From Bacteroidales bacterium (GTDB lineage Bacteria; Bacteroidota; Bacteroidia; Bacteroidales; PWNQ01), in the NCBI GenBank assembly GCA_003557725.1, contig PWNQ01000205.1, positions 1-45,023 of the forward strand: a DNA stretch of 45,023 bases. The letters are read 5' to 3'. The notes under the pieces are model-generated. The model was given only the letters and a program-made list of their open reading frames with translations, did no database searches and was not told the DNA's origin. The position numbers were made by a program, and so were the translations under genes. Position 1 is the stretch's first letter; the number at the start of each line of letters is the position of its first letter. Of the stretch, positions 29,674 through 37,882 are shown in pieces.

Positions 29674-30612
29674 ATGTTCAAAATATTATCCCCATTAATC
29701 ATTATATTTTTGGCACTGGCCATGCCAGTATCCCTTAGCGGCCAGGTGATAAAGGTATATTCCGGCGAGCCGGCCATGCTCATTGCTCAGGGTTACAGCC
29801 ATGGGCATATCCAATGGCAGCAGTCGTCCGACCAGAATACCTGGACGGATATTCCGGGAGTAACCGGCGATTCAGCTTTGGTTGACGCCGACTCGGTAGT
29901 TACCTGGTACCGTGGTAAGATCACCTCAGGAACCTGCGCTACCTTATATACCGACACCCATGCCATTAAGCTCTTTGAATGTGGAGATACCATTATGGAT
30001 TACCGGGATGGTCGCAAGTACCCTACGGTACAAATCGGAAGTCAGTGCTGGATGGGTAAAAACCTGGCGGTGGGGCAAATGATCCCCGGAGATCAGGATA
30101 TGGAAGACAACGGAGTCATTGAACGCTATTGTTACGACGATGACACACTTAACTGTCAGCAATACGGTGCCTTATACCAATGGGATGAAATGATGCAATA
30201 CGACACCACCGAAGGGGTGCAGGGAATTTGCCCCACCGGATGGTATATCCCCAGCGACCAGGACTATATCCAGCTGGAGTTGGAGTTGGGAATGAGCATA
30301 TCCCTGGCCAACCTGGTGAACACCTGGCGCGGTCACAACCAGGGTACACAGCTAAGCCCATCGGGAAACACCGGATTCAATGCCAATTATACCGGTATAC
30401 GCTTCTCAAGTGGCGTATTTTACAACATGGGAACCTTTGAATACCTGTATACATCCACCCAAAATAGCTCCAACCCGGTAGCAGCCTGGAGAAGATGCCT
30501 GGATGTTAACCAGTTCTCCATCGGACGATATAATAACACCCATAAAAATACCGGCGGATCGGTGCGCTGCATTAAAAAAGAAAATGCAAAGGACGCAAAG
30601 AGTGTACGGTAA
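29674..30612 (+). CDS. secreted protein with Ig-like N-domain and Fib_succ_major (FISUMP) domain
   Basis: IQWQQS.D..TWTDIPG; D.RDG..Y.TVQIG.QCWM..NL; YGALYQW; GICPTGWYIPSD; GSVRCIK. Confidence 0.9.
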   Translation: MFKILSPLIIIFLALAMPVSLSGQVIKVYSGEPAMLIAQGYSHGHIQWQQSSDQNTWTDIPGVTGDSALVDADSVVTWYRGKITSGTCATLYTDTHAIKLFECGDTIMDYRDGRKYPTVQIGSQCWMGKNLAVGQMIPGDQDMEDNGVIERYCYDDDTLNCQQYGALYQWDEMMQYDTTEGVQGICPTGWYIPSDQDYIQLELELGMSISLANLVNTWRGHNQGTQLSPSGNTGFNANYTGIRFSSGVFYNMGTFEYLYTSTQNSSNPVAAWRRCLDVNQFSIGRYNNTHKNTGGSVRCIKKENAKDAKSVR

Positions 30613-30621
30613 TAATGAAAG

Positions 30622-30809
30622 ATGAAACGCCCATGCCGAAAATTATTCGACACACAGGGGAATGATTATTTCCTTACCGGAAGCTCCCGCACGCGCCCCT
30701 CTAACTCCCCTAAAGGGGAGGACCGGGCCAACCCGCGGCAGTTTGCGGTGACATATTATTCGTGCATTCGTGAGAACGAACAACGAAAAAAACATATAAA
30801 CACATGAAA
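30622..30809 (+). repeat. composite repeat family B, copy B2 (runs into the start codon at 30804)
   Basis: ccatgcc..tcgacacacagggg..tgattatttccttaccgg..cccctctaactcccctaaaggggaggaccgggcca..catattattcgtgcattcgtg..taaacacATGAAA. Confidence 0.88.
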
Positions 30810-31163
30810 CATTTGAGCATTCAAGTTTGGATAATATTGGCTTTGGCAGCCCTTATAGCCGCTATGGCCCTGGGTTGCGACAAGGATAATGGCCCGGCCA
30901 AAGACTCGGAATTACGTAGCTTCTCCCACCTGGAGGCGGAGATGGACAGTATGTATATCGGGGAGATCACCCAAATTCGGGCCATTTATGATGGAGACAA
31001 TGTGACCTTTGAGTGGGAAGCCTCCTCTGGAGATATCCTGGGAAGCGGCCATACTGTGGAGTATCTAGCAGCCTCCTGCACCGAACCAGAAGCCACAATT
31101 ACCTGCAAAGCCATTGCCAAAAACCAGTCCAAAACCCGCAGCATCAGCATTTATGTTTATTAA
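30804..31163 (+). CDS. small lipoprotein with Ig/PKD-like fold
   Basis: lipobox ALGC; TFEWEASSGDILGSG.TVEY..SC..TITCKA. Confidence 0.75.
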   Translation: MKHLSIQVWIILALAALIAAMALGCDKDNGPAKDSELRSFSHLEAEMDSMYIGEITQIRAIYDGDNVTFEWEASSGDILGSGHTVEYLAASCTEPEATITCKAIAKNQSKTRSISIYVY

Positions 31164-32121
31164 CAAAAAAACCATAAGCCTTCTTCCCCTGCTGCTAATG
31201 CTTGTGTTTAACCAGCAAAAAGGCAAAGCACAGTGTTTTGCCACCCCGGGAAACCCGGTCGGGGGGGCGGAAAATATTGGGGTGATGATGAAAAACCACT
31301 TGCGTGTGCAATCTTCATTCCGCTATCATAAGGCCTCAAACTATTATAAGGGCGACAGCCCCTACCTTGGCCACAAGCGCACACTGGATGAAGCTTACTT
31401 TAGCTATGGCGGCATACTGGCCGCCTATGGCATTACCAACCGGATCACCGTGGAACTGGATGCCGGATACTTCTTCAATAAAACACAAGAATATCTGAAA
31501 TGGGACGGAACCCTAACCGGCTATGGCCCCTCCAACATGACCGCCATGGTTAAATATGCGCTGTATCAGGATATGCTTAATCGCATAGAATTTACCCTGG
31601 GAGCAGGAGGGAAGATACCCCTGTCCCGCACATACCAAAGAGTGGACGGAGTGGTGCTGCCCATCGACCTGCAGCCCTCCACAGCATCTTACGGCCTGAG
31701 AGCACAGTCATTCCTGGTTAAAGAAAATTCAATAGGCTCATGGCGACTATTCTGGATCAACCGGTATGAAAAAAACTTTGAAAACCCCTACAACTTCCTT
31801 TTTGGGGACCACTTTTCCAGCGCAATATTTTACAGTAAACATACCCACCTGGAAGCATCCCAACGATTTAAACACTGGACCCTGATCCTTCAGGCACGAT
31901 ATGAATTTAACGATCAAAATATCCGCAACGGACAATTGGTGGAGGCCTCCGGTGGGCACCTGGCCATTATTGCACCCCAGGTCAACTGCAGCATTGACCA
32001 AACCTGGAACTTATCACTGCTCTTTGAAAAAGTGATCTACCGTTATTATAACCATGTGCAATTGGGCGGAAACTACTCGGTGGGTGTGCAACTGAGCAGA
32101 GATTTACCTATTAACCAATAA
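31153..32121 (+). CDS. putative outer-membrane beta-barrel protein
   Basis: signal peptide ending KAQC; alternating amphipathic strands (YGITNRITVE, TLGAGGKIP, DLQPSTAS); ATG 31153 overlaps the upstream stop. Confidence 0.7.
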   Translation: MFINKKTISLLPLLLMLVFNQQKGKAQCFATPGNPVGGAENIGVMMKNHLRVQSSFRYHKASNYYKGDSPYLGHKRTLDEAYFSYGGILAAYGITNRITVELDAGYFFNKTQEYLKWDGTLTGYGPSNMTAMVKYALYQDMLNRIEFTLGAGGKIPLSRTYQRVDGVVLPIDLQPSTASYGLRAQSFLVKENSIGSWRLFWINRYEKNFENPYNFLFGDHFSSAIFYSKHTHLEASQRFKHWTLILQARYEFNDQNIRNGQLVEASGGHLAIIAPQVNCSIDQTWNLSLLFEKVIYRYYNHVQLGGNYSVGVQLSRDLPINQ

Positions 32122-32139
32122 AATATATTTACATTATCC

Positions 32140-33645
32140 ATGAAGACCTTTACCCTTCGCTTTTTGTCAGCCGGCCTGATATTCTTTTTGTTGGCCTTAC
32201 CCGTTCTTAAAGCCAGTAATATAATGGCAGATTCGGTTATGTTGGTGCATAAAGACACCTCCAGTCAGACCATTCAGGTACGTTTCAACTTATCCTGGGA
32301 GCATTCCTGGCGGGCCGATACCGCACCGGGAAATCACGATGCGGCTTGGGTATTCATCAAATACTCCCAGGATGGTGGCCTCACCTGGCACCATGCTTCT
32401 CTGGAACCCCAGGGCCATGGCTCCGGCTCCGGCACCAACGCCTGGGTACAGGCAGGGGTGATGGATGAACGCCAGCCGTTTCAGCCCGACAGCAACCCCG
32501 TGACCGGCGCATTCTTTTACCGGAGTGACCCCGGATACGGACTGTTTACCATCAGCAGAGCACACCTGCTATGGAACTATGGAGCAGACGGACTGACCCA
32601 TACAGATACAGTACTCGTGCGGGCCTTTGCCATTGAAATGGTCTATGTGCCAACAGGGCCATTCTATCTGGGCAGCGGAGCATCTGAAAGCGGTGAGTTT
32701 TTTCCCTACCCCCATAACGACTCGGTATACCTTGTAGACAGTGAAGACCCCATCATAGTAGGAGACTCTTCCGGACAGCTTTATTATGAATACAGCCCCC
32801 ATTCCGGCGACCAGAGTGGCGTGATTCACAAACATTTTCCCAAAGGATACCAGGGGTACTACGTGATGAAGTACAACATTACCCAGCAGCAGTATGTAGA
32901 CTTTTTAAACACCATTACCAATGCTCAGGCACAGAACCGCAAGAGCCAGATCACCGGATTCCGGCATGCCATTACCGACACCACCGGGATATTTACCACT
33001 GCCCATCCTTATGTGGCCTGTAATTTTTTGAGCTGGCCCGATGGGTCAGCCTATGTGCATTGGGCAGGATTGCGGCCCATGACCGAGACCGAATATGAAA
33101 AAGCCTGCCGTGGCCCCCTGTATCCAGTAGCCGAAGAGTTTGCGTGGGGCAGCACACACTTTGTGCAGGCCAAGGGCATAGCCAACCCAGGAACAGCCCA
33201 GGAGAAACCCACCAATGCCCAAAGCAATGCCGTAGCCGGGTTTGACCAAAATGTCCAGGGACCCATGCGCGTGGGAGCCTTTGCCACAGACAGCTCGGGA
33301 AGAACAGAGGCCGGAGCATCCTATTATGGCATTATGGAACTGAGCGGAAACGTAACTGAAAAGGCCGTAACCATCGGAAACAGCCAGGGAAGAGCCTTTG
33401 ACGGACTGCATGGAAACGGAACCCTTACCAGTTGCGGACATGCTAACGTAAGCTCCTGGCCAGGATATCACAACGGAACGGTGAGCCAGGCCGCAGGCAG
33501 CGGACTCAGAGGGGGAGACTGGATCAACTGTGCCATCACTATGAGAGTATCCAACCGGGGAAGAGCAGCATATGGAACCTCCAACAGAAGCATGGAATAC
33601 GGCTTCAGAGGAGCAAGAACAAAACCCCAAACACCCAAAGAATAA
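32140..33645 (+). CDS. secreted FGE-sulfatase / SUMF1-EgtB-PvdO (CLec-fold) domain protein
   Basis: signal peptide; N-domain FNLSWEHSWR..DAAWVFIKY; EMVYVPTGPFYLG, MKYNITQQQYVDFLN, LRPMTETEYEKACRG, YGIMELSGNV, RGGDW..GFRGAR; no T9SS CTD. Confidence 0.9.
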   Translation: MKTFTLRFLSAGLIFFLLALPVLKASNIMADSVMLVHKDTSSQTIQVRFNLSWEHSWRADTAPGNHDAAWVFIKYSQDGGLTWHHASLEPQGHGSGSGTNAWVQAGVMDERQPFQPDSNPVTGAFFYRSDPGYGLFTISRAHLLWNYGADGLTHTDTVLVRAFAIEMVYVPTGPFYLGSGASESGEFFPYPHNDSVYLVDSEDPIIVGDSSGQLYYEYSPHSGDQSGVIHKHFPKGYQGYYVMKYNITQQQYVDFLNTITNAQAQNRKSQITGFRHAITDTTGIFTTAHPYVACNFLSWPDGSAYVHWAGLRPMTETEYEKACRGPLYPVAEEFAWGSTHFVQAKGIANPGTAQEKPTNAQSNAVAGFDQNVQGPMRVGAFATDSSGRTEAGASYYGIMELSGNVTEKAVTIGNSQGRAFDGLHGNGTLTSCGHANVSSWPGYHNGTVSQAAGSGLRGGDWINCAITMRVSNRGRAAYGTSNRSMEYGFRGARTKPQTPKE

Positions 33646-33743
33646 ACCATGAGGACAGTATAATAATACAAAGTTTTATACCCGCAGAAAAGCTGCTTTG
33701 CCCCACCCTAAAAGACACCTGGTTTTCAGCAACCCTATTTTAA

Positions 33744-33797
33744 GAGGCCGGGATAAAAAGCCGCTGAAAATCAAAAGAAACCGTTTTAAACCGGCCT
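33744..33797 (+). repeat. family A element, internally deleted copy A4
   Basis: gaggccgggataaaaa-gccgctgaaaatcaaaag-aaaccgttttaaaccggcct. Confidence 0.75.
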
Positions 33798-33813
33798 AAA
33801 CCATTAATACCTT

Positions 33814-33855
33814 AATTGTAAAATCTATATCATGAATTATAAAACCTATATCATG
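33814..33855. repeat. 21-bp tandem duplication containing the start codon
   Basis: aattgtaaaatctatatcatg / aattataaaacctatatcatg; gives in-frame ATGs at 33832 and 33853. Confidence 0.8.
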
Positions 33856-34251
33856 ACCATAACAAAAATAATAACCACCGTGCTAATAACCATGACCACC
33901 TTGTCAGCCTTTGCCCAATATACCGGCGGACAGGGAAGGGGAGACCATATGGCTCAGTCTCTGCCGCTGATCATGAGCGTAGAAAAGCATGAACAGCCCC
34001 AGGCCGGAATCATTACACTGTATCCCGTTCCCGCCAGACAAATGTTAAACATCAAACTGAATCCGGAAACAGAAGCCGAAAAGGTGATCAAAATACAAAT
34101 GTTTGACCCATGGGGAAAAGAGGTAATAACCTATCAAAGCCATGTAAAACAAATCCCCGTCCAAAACCTGGCCTCAGGCGTCTATTTCCTACGTTTTACC
34201 TTTACATCAGGACCACCACAAATATTTAAGATTATGGTTGCAAAGACCTAG
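33832..34251 (+). CDS. minimal T9SS type-A CTD protein (signal peptide + short Gly-rich peptide + CTD)
   Basis: SAFA|QYTGGQGRGDH..; CTD LYPVPA..LASGVYFLRF..FKIMV. Confidence 0.82.
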   Translation: MNYKTYIMTITKIITTVLITMTTLSAFAQYTGGQGRGDHMAQSLPLIMSVEKHEQPQAGIITLYPVPARQMLNIKLNPETEAEKVIKIQMFDPWGKEVITYQSHVKQIPVQNLASGVYFLRFTFTSGPPQIFKIMVAKT

Positions 34252-34269
34252 CCAAGCCTGCGCAATACA

Positions 34270-34508
34270 CCCATGCCAAAGGTCCCGCGATACCTTAGGA
34301 TCGAAGCTATCGACACACAGGGGGATGATTATTTCCTTACCGGAAAGCTCCCGCGCGCGCCCCTCTGACTCCCCTAAAGGGGAGGACCGGGCCACCGCAC
34401 GCGCCCCTGTCCAAACCCTTCGGGGCCTGGACCAACAACGAACAAAATTCTAAACAGATAAAACCCCATATTATTCGTGCATTCGTGGCAAAAAATAAAC
34501 ACATGAAA
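34270..34508 (+). repeat. composite repeat family B, copy B3 (direct repeat of B2)
   Basis: ccatgcc..tcgacacacagggg..tgattatttccttaccgg..cccctctgactcccctaaaggggaggaccgggcca..catattattcgtgcattcgtg..taaacacATGAAA. Confidence 0.88.
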
Positions 34509-34556
34509 AGAGCTAAAGGGCAGTAGCCGTATGCCGGCGGATGGTGGCAGGAATTT

Positions 34557-36743
34557 CTACACCTCCAGGTTAGACATTGCACTTGTGATCTCAAAGGGGT
34601 AGTCCGGGTATTCATAAATAGGCATTATCTCTTCCGTCTCGCCTATTGAATAGCCAAAAACACCGGAATATTCTTCAGGATTTTCCCCCATATCCGTCAT
34701 TTGGCGGATATACTCGTCTATGGATTTAGATTCCACGATAGTTACCCGTCCCATCTGGTCGATAATGGGGCTGTGTCTTCGGGTATGATCGTGGTCAAAC
34801 AGCAGTACCCTTCGGCCGTCGTTGGTTATGCCGATGGTTCGGAAGGTATTGCTTTTTCCCACTCCCGGCATATTGAGCACATTGCGGTCGGTAGCCAAAA
34901 AGGGCAGGCCGTAAGTTTCACGGAGCCTGTTGATATTTTCTTTCATCTTTTCCGCCTCCTGAGGAAATGAGCGTATGGTTTTATGTTCTTTGGCATCAAT
35001 TTCTCCCAGCACTTTTTCTTCGGCACGTTCCTGGATAGACCGTGCATTATTGGCGAAGTTATGTTTATTTTCCAGGTATCCTTTCACGGTAAAGGTATAA
35101 TAGGGCAGTACGCCCAGGTCGTTGAGCACTTTTCTCAGTTTGGCCGTATGCCCTTTCCGGGAGGCTGCGGCAGTAAACACCTGCTGGTTGGTGATGGTCC
35201 ATCCTGCCTGGCGCAGCTTGTTCATGCCGTGGGCGGCTTCCGGGGTGATCTCCATAGCCGTTTCAAAGTGGGTCTGGATCACGAATTGCCTGATCCCCGC
35301 TTCCCGGGAGGCTCTTTCCTTAAAATCCCGAAGCAGCGTCACCAGATGATCGGTAATCCGTTGGGGAAGATAAACCGGCAGGCGTGTACCCAGGCGCACT
35401 CTCAATATCTCGGCCTTTTTTTCGCCAACAGGTAAGCGTTTATTGTTTTCTTTTTTCCGTTTAGCCATTTCATAGACGGCATCCAGGATACGTTTTAGCG
35501 ACTTATCAGCGCTCATGAGAGCATCTCCACCGGTGATTAAAATATCCCTGAGCTGGGTATCTTCTTCAAAGTATTTTAGCAATCGCTCCAGCTTCTGGGG
35601 CCAGCTCTCGGTGGGCTTCAACTGCTCCAGGTTGAAATTAAGCTTGCCACTCTGAAAGTCATACATGCGCTGACAACTGGTGCACAGCCCCCCACAGGCA
35701 CGACCCATGGAGTCGGGGATCATAATGGCCACCTCCGGATAACGCCGGTGAATGTTCCCTCCTTCCGGAAGATGCCAGCCGGCAGCATTGGGCTCACCGG
35801 GCTTAACAATGTCCTCCTTCTCCCAGGCATTGATATGACCAAACTGGTTGATCAGCTCCCTGGAATAGAGGATATAATCACGGATGGCCTGGTCAGAGGC
35901 AATATAGCCGCCAATATTGGTGGTGCAAAGCAGGCTAAGGTAATAAGGGTTAACGAAAAATGGAATGCCAGCCTTTTTGGCATCACGCAATACCTGCATG
36001 GTCTCATAGGACAAGGAGTAGCCCAGCATCTCATTGATAAGTTCCGGATCACGAAAAGCGAAGCGTAGATGAAATAAACGGTCGTGCCACCATTGGCGGG
36101 CAATGCTTAAGCGGTCCTCCCGGGACAGACCCGCTTCTTTAAAATAAAACTTCCGGTCGGTAATTTCCCCATTATCCATTTTATCCAAAATAATACCAAG
36201 GATCCGGTCACGGTTCATTTCCCGGTGGCGAACCACCTGCTCATCCAGTCCCGACGGGTGGCGATCCATCCACTCTTCCACCTTTTCAAGGGTAGGAAGA
36301 CTATATTCATAGGAGGCCTCCAGCTGGCTGAACAGTTGGGCCATATCACGGAAAAAATCGGGATTGCCTCCTCCAGTACCACGTGAAAGACCCAGGTATA
36401 ATGTGTTAAACGGCTCATTAATAAATGTTTCTCCTCCCATGTTCAGGTCTTCAACCTCATTACCTGTATGATCAATATAATCCAATACACGAATAGCCGC
36501 CATATCTTGCCAACGCAGTTTGTCATATGCCTTTTTACCTCTCTTACGCTCTTTGTAATAATCCACCCCGCCCTCACCAGACTCAAGGATACTATAGGCC
36601 CAACGCGATAACTGATTCTCAAAATCTTTATACTCATTACTCTGCTCAAGGATCTGTGCTATCCGGGGGTGGTTGGACAGCATTTCCTGAACCATCTTCT
36701 GTGAAATCCCATTGATGCTAATGGACTCAAAATTACGACTCAT
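34557..36743 (-). CDS. long KamA-family (lysine 2,3-aminomutase-like) radical SAM protein
   Basis: HRRYPEVA, CGGLCTSC (CxxxCxxC), DILITGGDAL, RLGTRLPVYLPQRI, PGVGKS. Confidence 0.88.
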   Translation of the reverse strand: MSRNFESISINGISQKMVQEMLSNHPRIAQILEQSNEYKDFENQLSRWAYSILESGEGGVDYYKERKRGKKAYDKLRWQDMAAIRVLDYIDHTGNEVEDLNMGGETFINEPFNTLYLGLSRGTGGGNPDFFRDMAQLFSQLEASYEYSLPTLEKVEEWMDRHPSGLDEQVVRHREMNRDRILGIILDKMDNGEITDRKFYFKEAGLSREDRLSIARQWWHDRLFHLRFAFRDPELINEMLGYSLSYETMQVLRDAKKAGIPFFVNPYYLSLLCTTNIGGYIASDQAIRDYILYSRELINQFGHINAWEKEDIVKPGEPNAAGWHLPEGGNIHRRYPEVAIMIPDSMGRACGGLCTSCQRMYDFQSGKLNFNLEQLKPTESWPQKLERLLKYFEEDTQLRDILITGGDALMSADKSLKRILDAVYEMAKRKKENNKRLPVGEKKAEILRVRLGTRLPVYLPQRITDHLVTLLRDFKERASREAGIRQFVIQTHFETAMEITPEAAHGMNKLRQAGWTITNQQVFTAAASRKGHTAKLRKVLNDLGVLPYYTFTVKGYLENKHNFANNARSIQERAEEKVLGEIDAKEHKTIRSFPQEAEKMKENINRLRETYGLPFLATDRNVLNMPGVGKSNTFRTIGITNDGRRVLLFDHDHTRRHSPIIDQMGRVTIVESKSIDEYIRQMTDMGENPEEYSGVFGYSIGETEEIMPIYEYPDYPFEITSAMSNLEV

Positions 36744-36782
36744 ATTATTCTATTTATGGAATTATACATAATACAATACGTG

Positions 36783-36800
36783 TTTGTTTGATCAAACAAA
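36783..36800. promoter_or_regulatory. perfect 18-bp palindrome upstream of the KamA-like gene (putative operator)
   Basis: TTTGTTTGATCAAACAAA, 40 bp upstream of the start. Confidence 0.5.
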
Positions 36801-36857
36801 ACAAGAACATCACCTTTAATACATGTTTGATTGGCGGCTTTCAAGCCGGCCGGGCCA

Positions 36858-37550
36858 CTACCTGAAATGACTGAAATCCGTGGTTTTACGGGTATTGTTA
36901 TTCTTCGGGAAACTGACAGGCTCCTCCTGGTGCAGAATATTTTTAAATGTGGTATAGATACTCAGGTAGGTGAGTGGCAGGGTAAACACTATGCCCAGAC
37001 CAAACAATAAAACGCCGAGTAAGTTGATAAGCAGTAGAATAAGTATCAGCCCCAATGCACCCCAGAAAGCTTTGGTTATCAGTTTACGGCTGGCCTCCAT
37101 GGCCTCCCAGAAGTCCATGCCGGAAAACATAATAAAAGGAATAACCAATATATAGGCTACCCCAAGATAAATGCCGGGAGCTACCAACATTATCACTCCC
37201 AGAAAAATAAGAAGACCCGAGAGGGTAGTGGCCACAAAAATATTGAGCCATCGGGAAAACCCATCAAAGAAATGATAAATATGCAGCTTCTCACCCCGGT
37301 CAATACGTTTTGCCGCTGCAAAATAACCCGCCACCAGGGGAGGCATGAGAAAAACGTTTATCATCGTACCAACTAATTGTATGCGAAGTGTAAAAAGTGC
37401 CAGCGTAAGTAAAAAGGCTGAGTATCCCAGAAACATTACAGGTTCTGCTTTAATATATTCCAATGCGGCTATCAGGTTCCGCCGGGGATCAATAACAATG
37501 GGTTGGTCTAATCTTTCACGAAGCTTCTCTCTATAATCTTGTTGATCCAT
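36858..37550 (-). CDS. integral membrane protein, unknown function
   Basis: 230 aa, about 5 TM helices; PPLVAGY, FFDGF, PGIYL, FWEAMEASRK. Confidence 0.8.
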   Translation of the reverse strand: MDQQDYREKLRERLDQPIVIDPRRNLIAALEYIKAEPVMFLGYSAFLLTLALFTLRIQLVGTMINVFLMPPLVAGYFAAAKRIDRGEKLHIYHFFDGFSRWLNIFVATTLSGLLIFLGVIMLVAPGIYLGVAYILVIPFIMFSGMDFWEAMEASRKLITKAFWGALGLILILLLINLLGVLLFGLGIVFTLPLTYLSIYTTFKNILHQEEPVSFPKNNNTRKTTDFSHFR

Positions 37551-37792
37551 AGTCTATTGGTTTAACCCAAAGTGAAGTGTTAATTTTTTGCAAATATACA
37601 GAATGCGTTGGTAATACAGGGATAAATTTTTCATCGCCACTGAAGATCATCCAAACTCCCCAAGCCACCTTTGATTTTCAGAGGGATACCCCTAAAGGAG
37701 GCGGTGAATTTTTCTTTACTTTGGTATGATGCAGGTTGCCCGGCTTTTGTATTTTTGTGGCATGATAAGGGGGATTGCGCCTGTATTAATCA

Positions 37793-37866
37793 ATGAGTCC
37801 AATCTAAAAAGGTTACTTTTGATTTTCAGCGGATGTGAAAAATGTGTGTTTTTGGACCGGACTCAT
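37793..37866 (-). repeat. family A element, copy A5 (inverted relative to A1)
   Basis: reverse complement differs from 3075-3148 at 3 of 74 positions; lies between TATTTTTG (37750) and ATG 37883. Confidence 0.92.
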
Positions 37867-37882
37867 CAATAATTAACACCTT

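Noticed and set aside
29674-33645. Diversity-generating retroelement targeting the FISUMP or FGE CLec domains
   Set aside because: Both folds are known DGR targets, but I found no reverse transcriptase and no template repeat differing only at adenines. A trans-acting DGR elsewhere in the genome cannot be excluded.
30622-34508. Integron attC cassette array
   Set aside because: The B repeats lack RYYYAAC/GTTRRRY boxes and no IntI is present.
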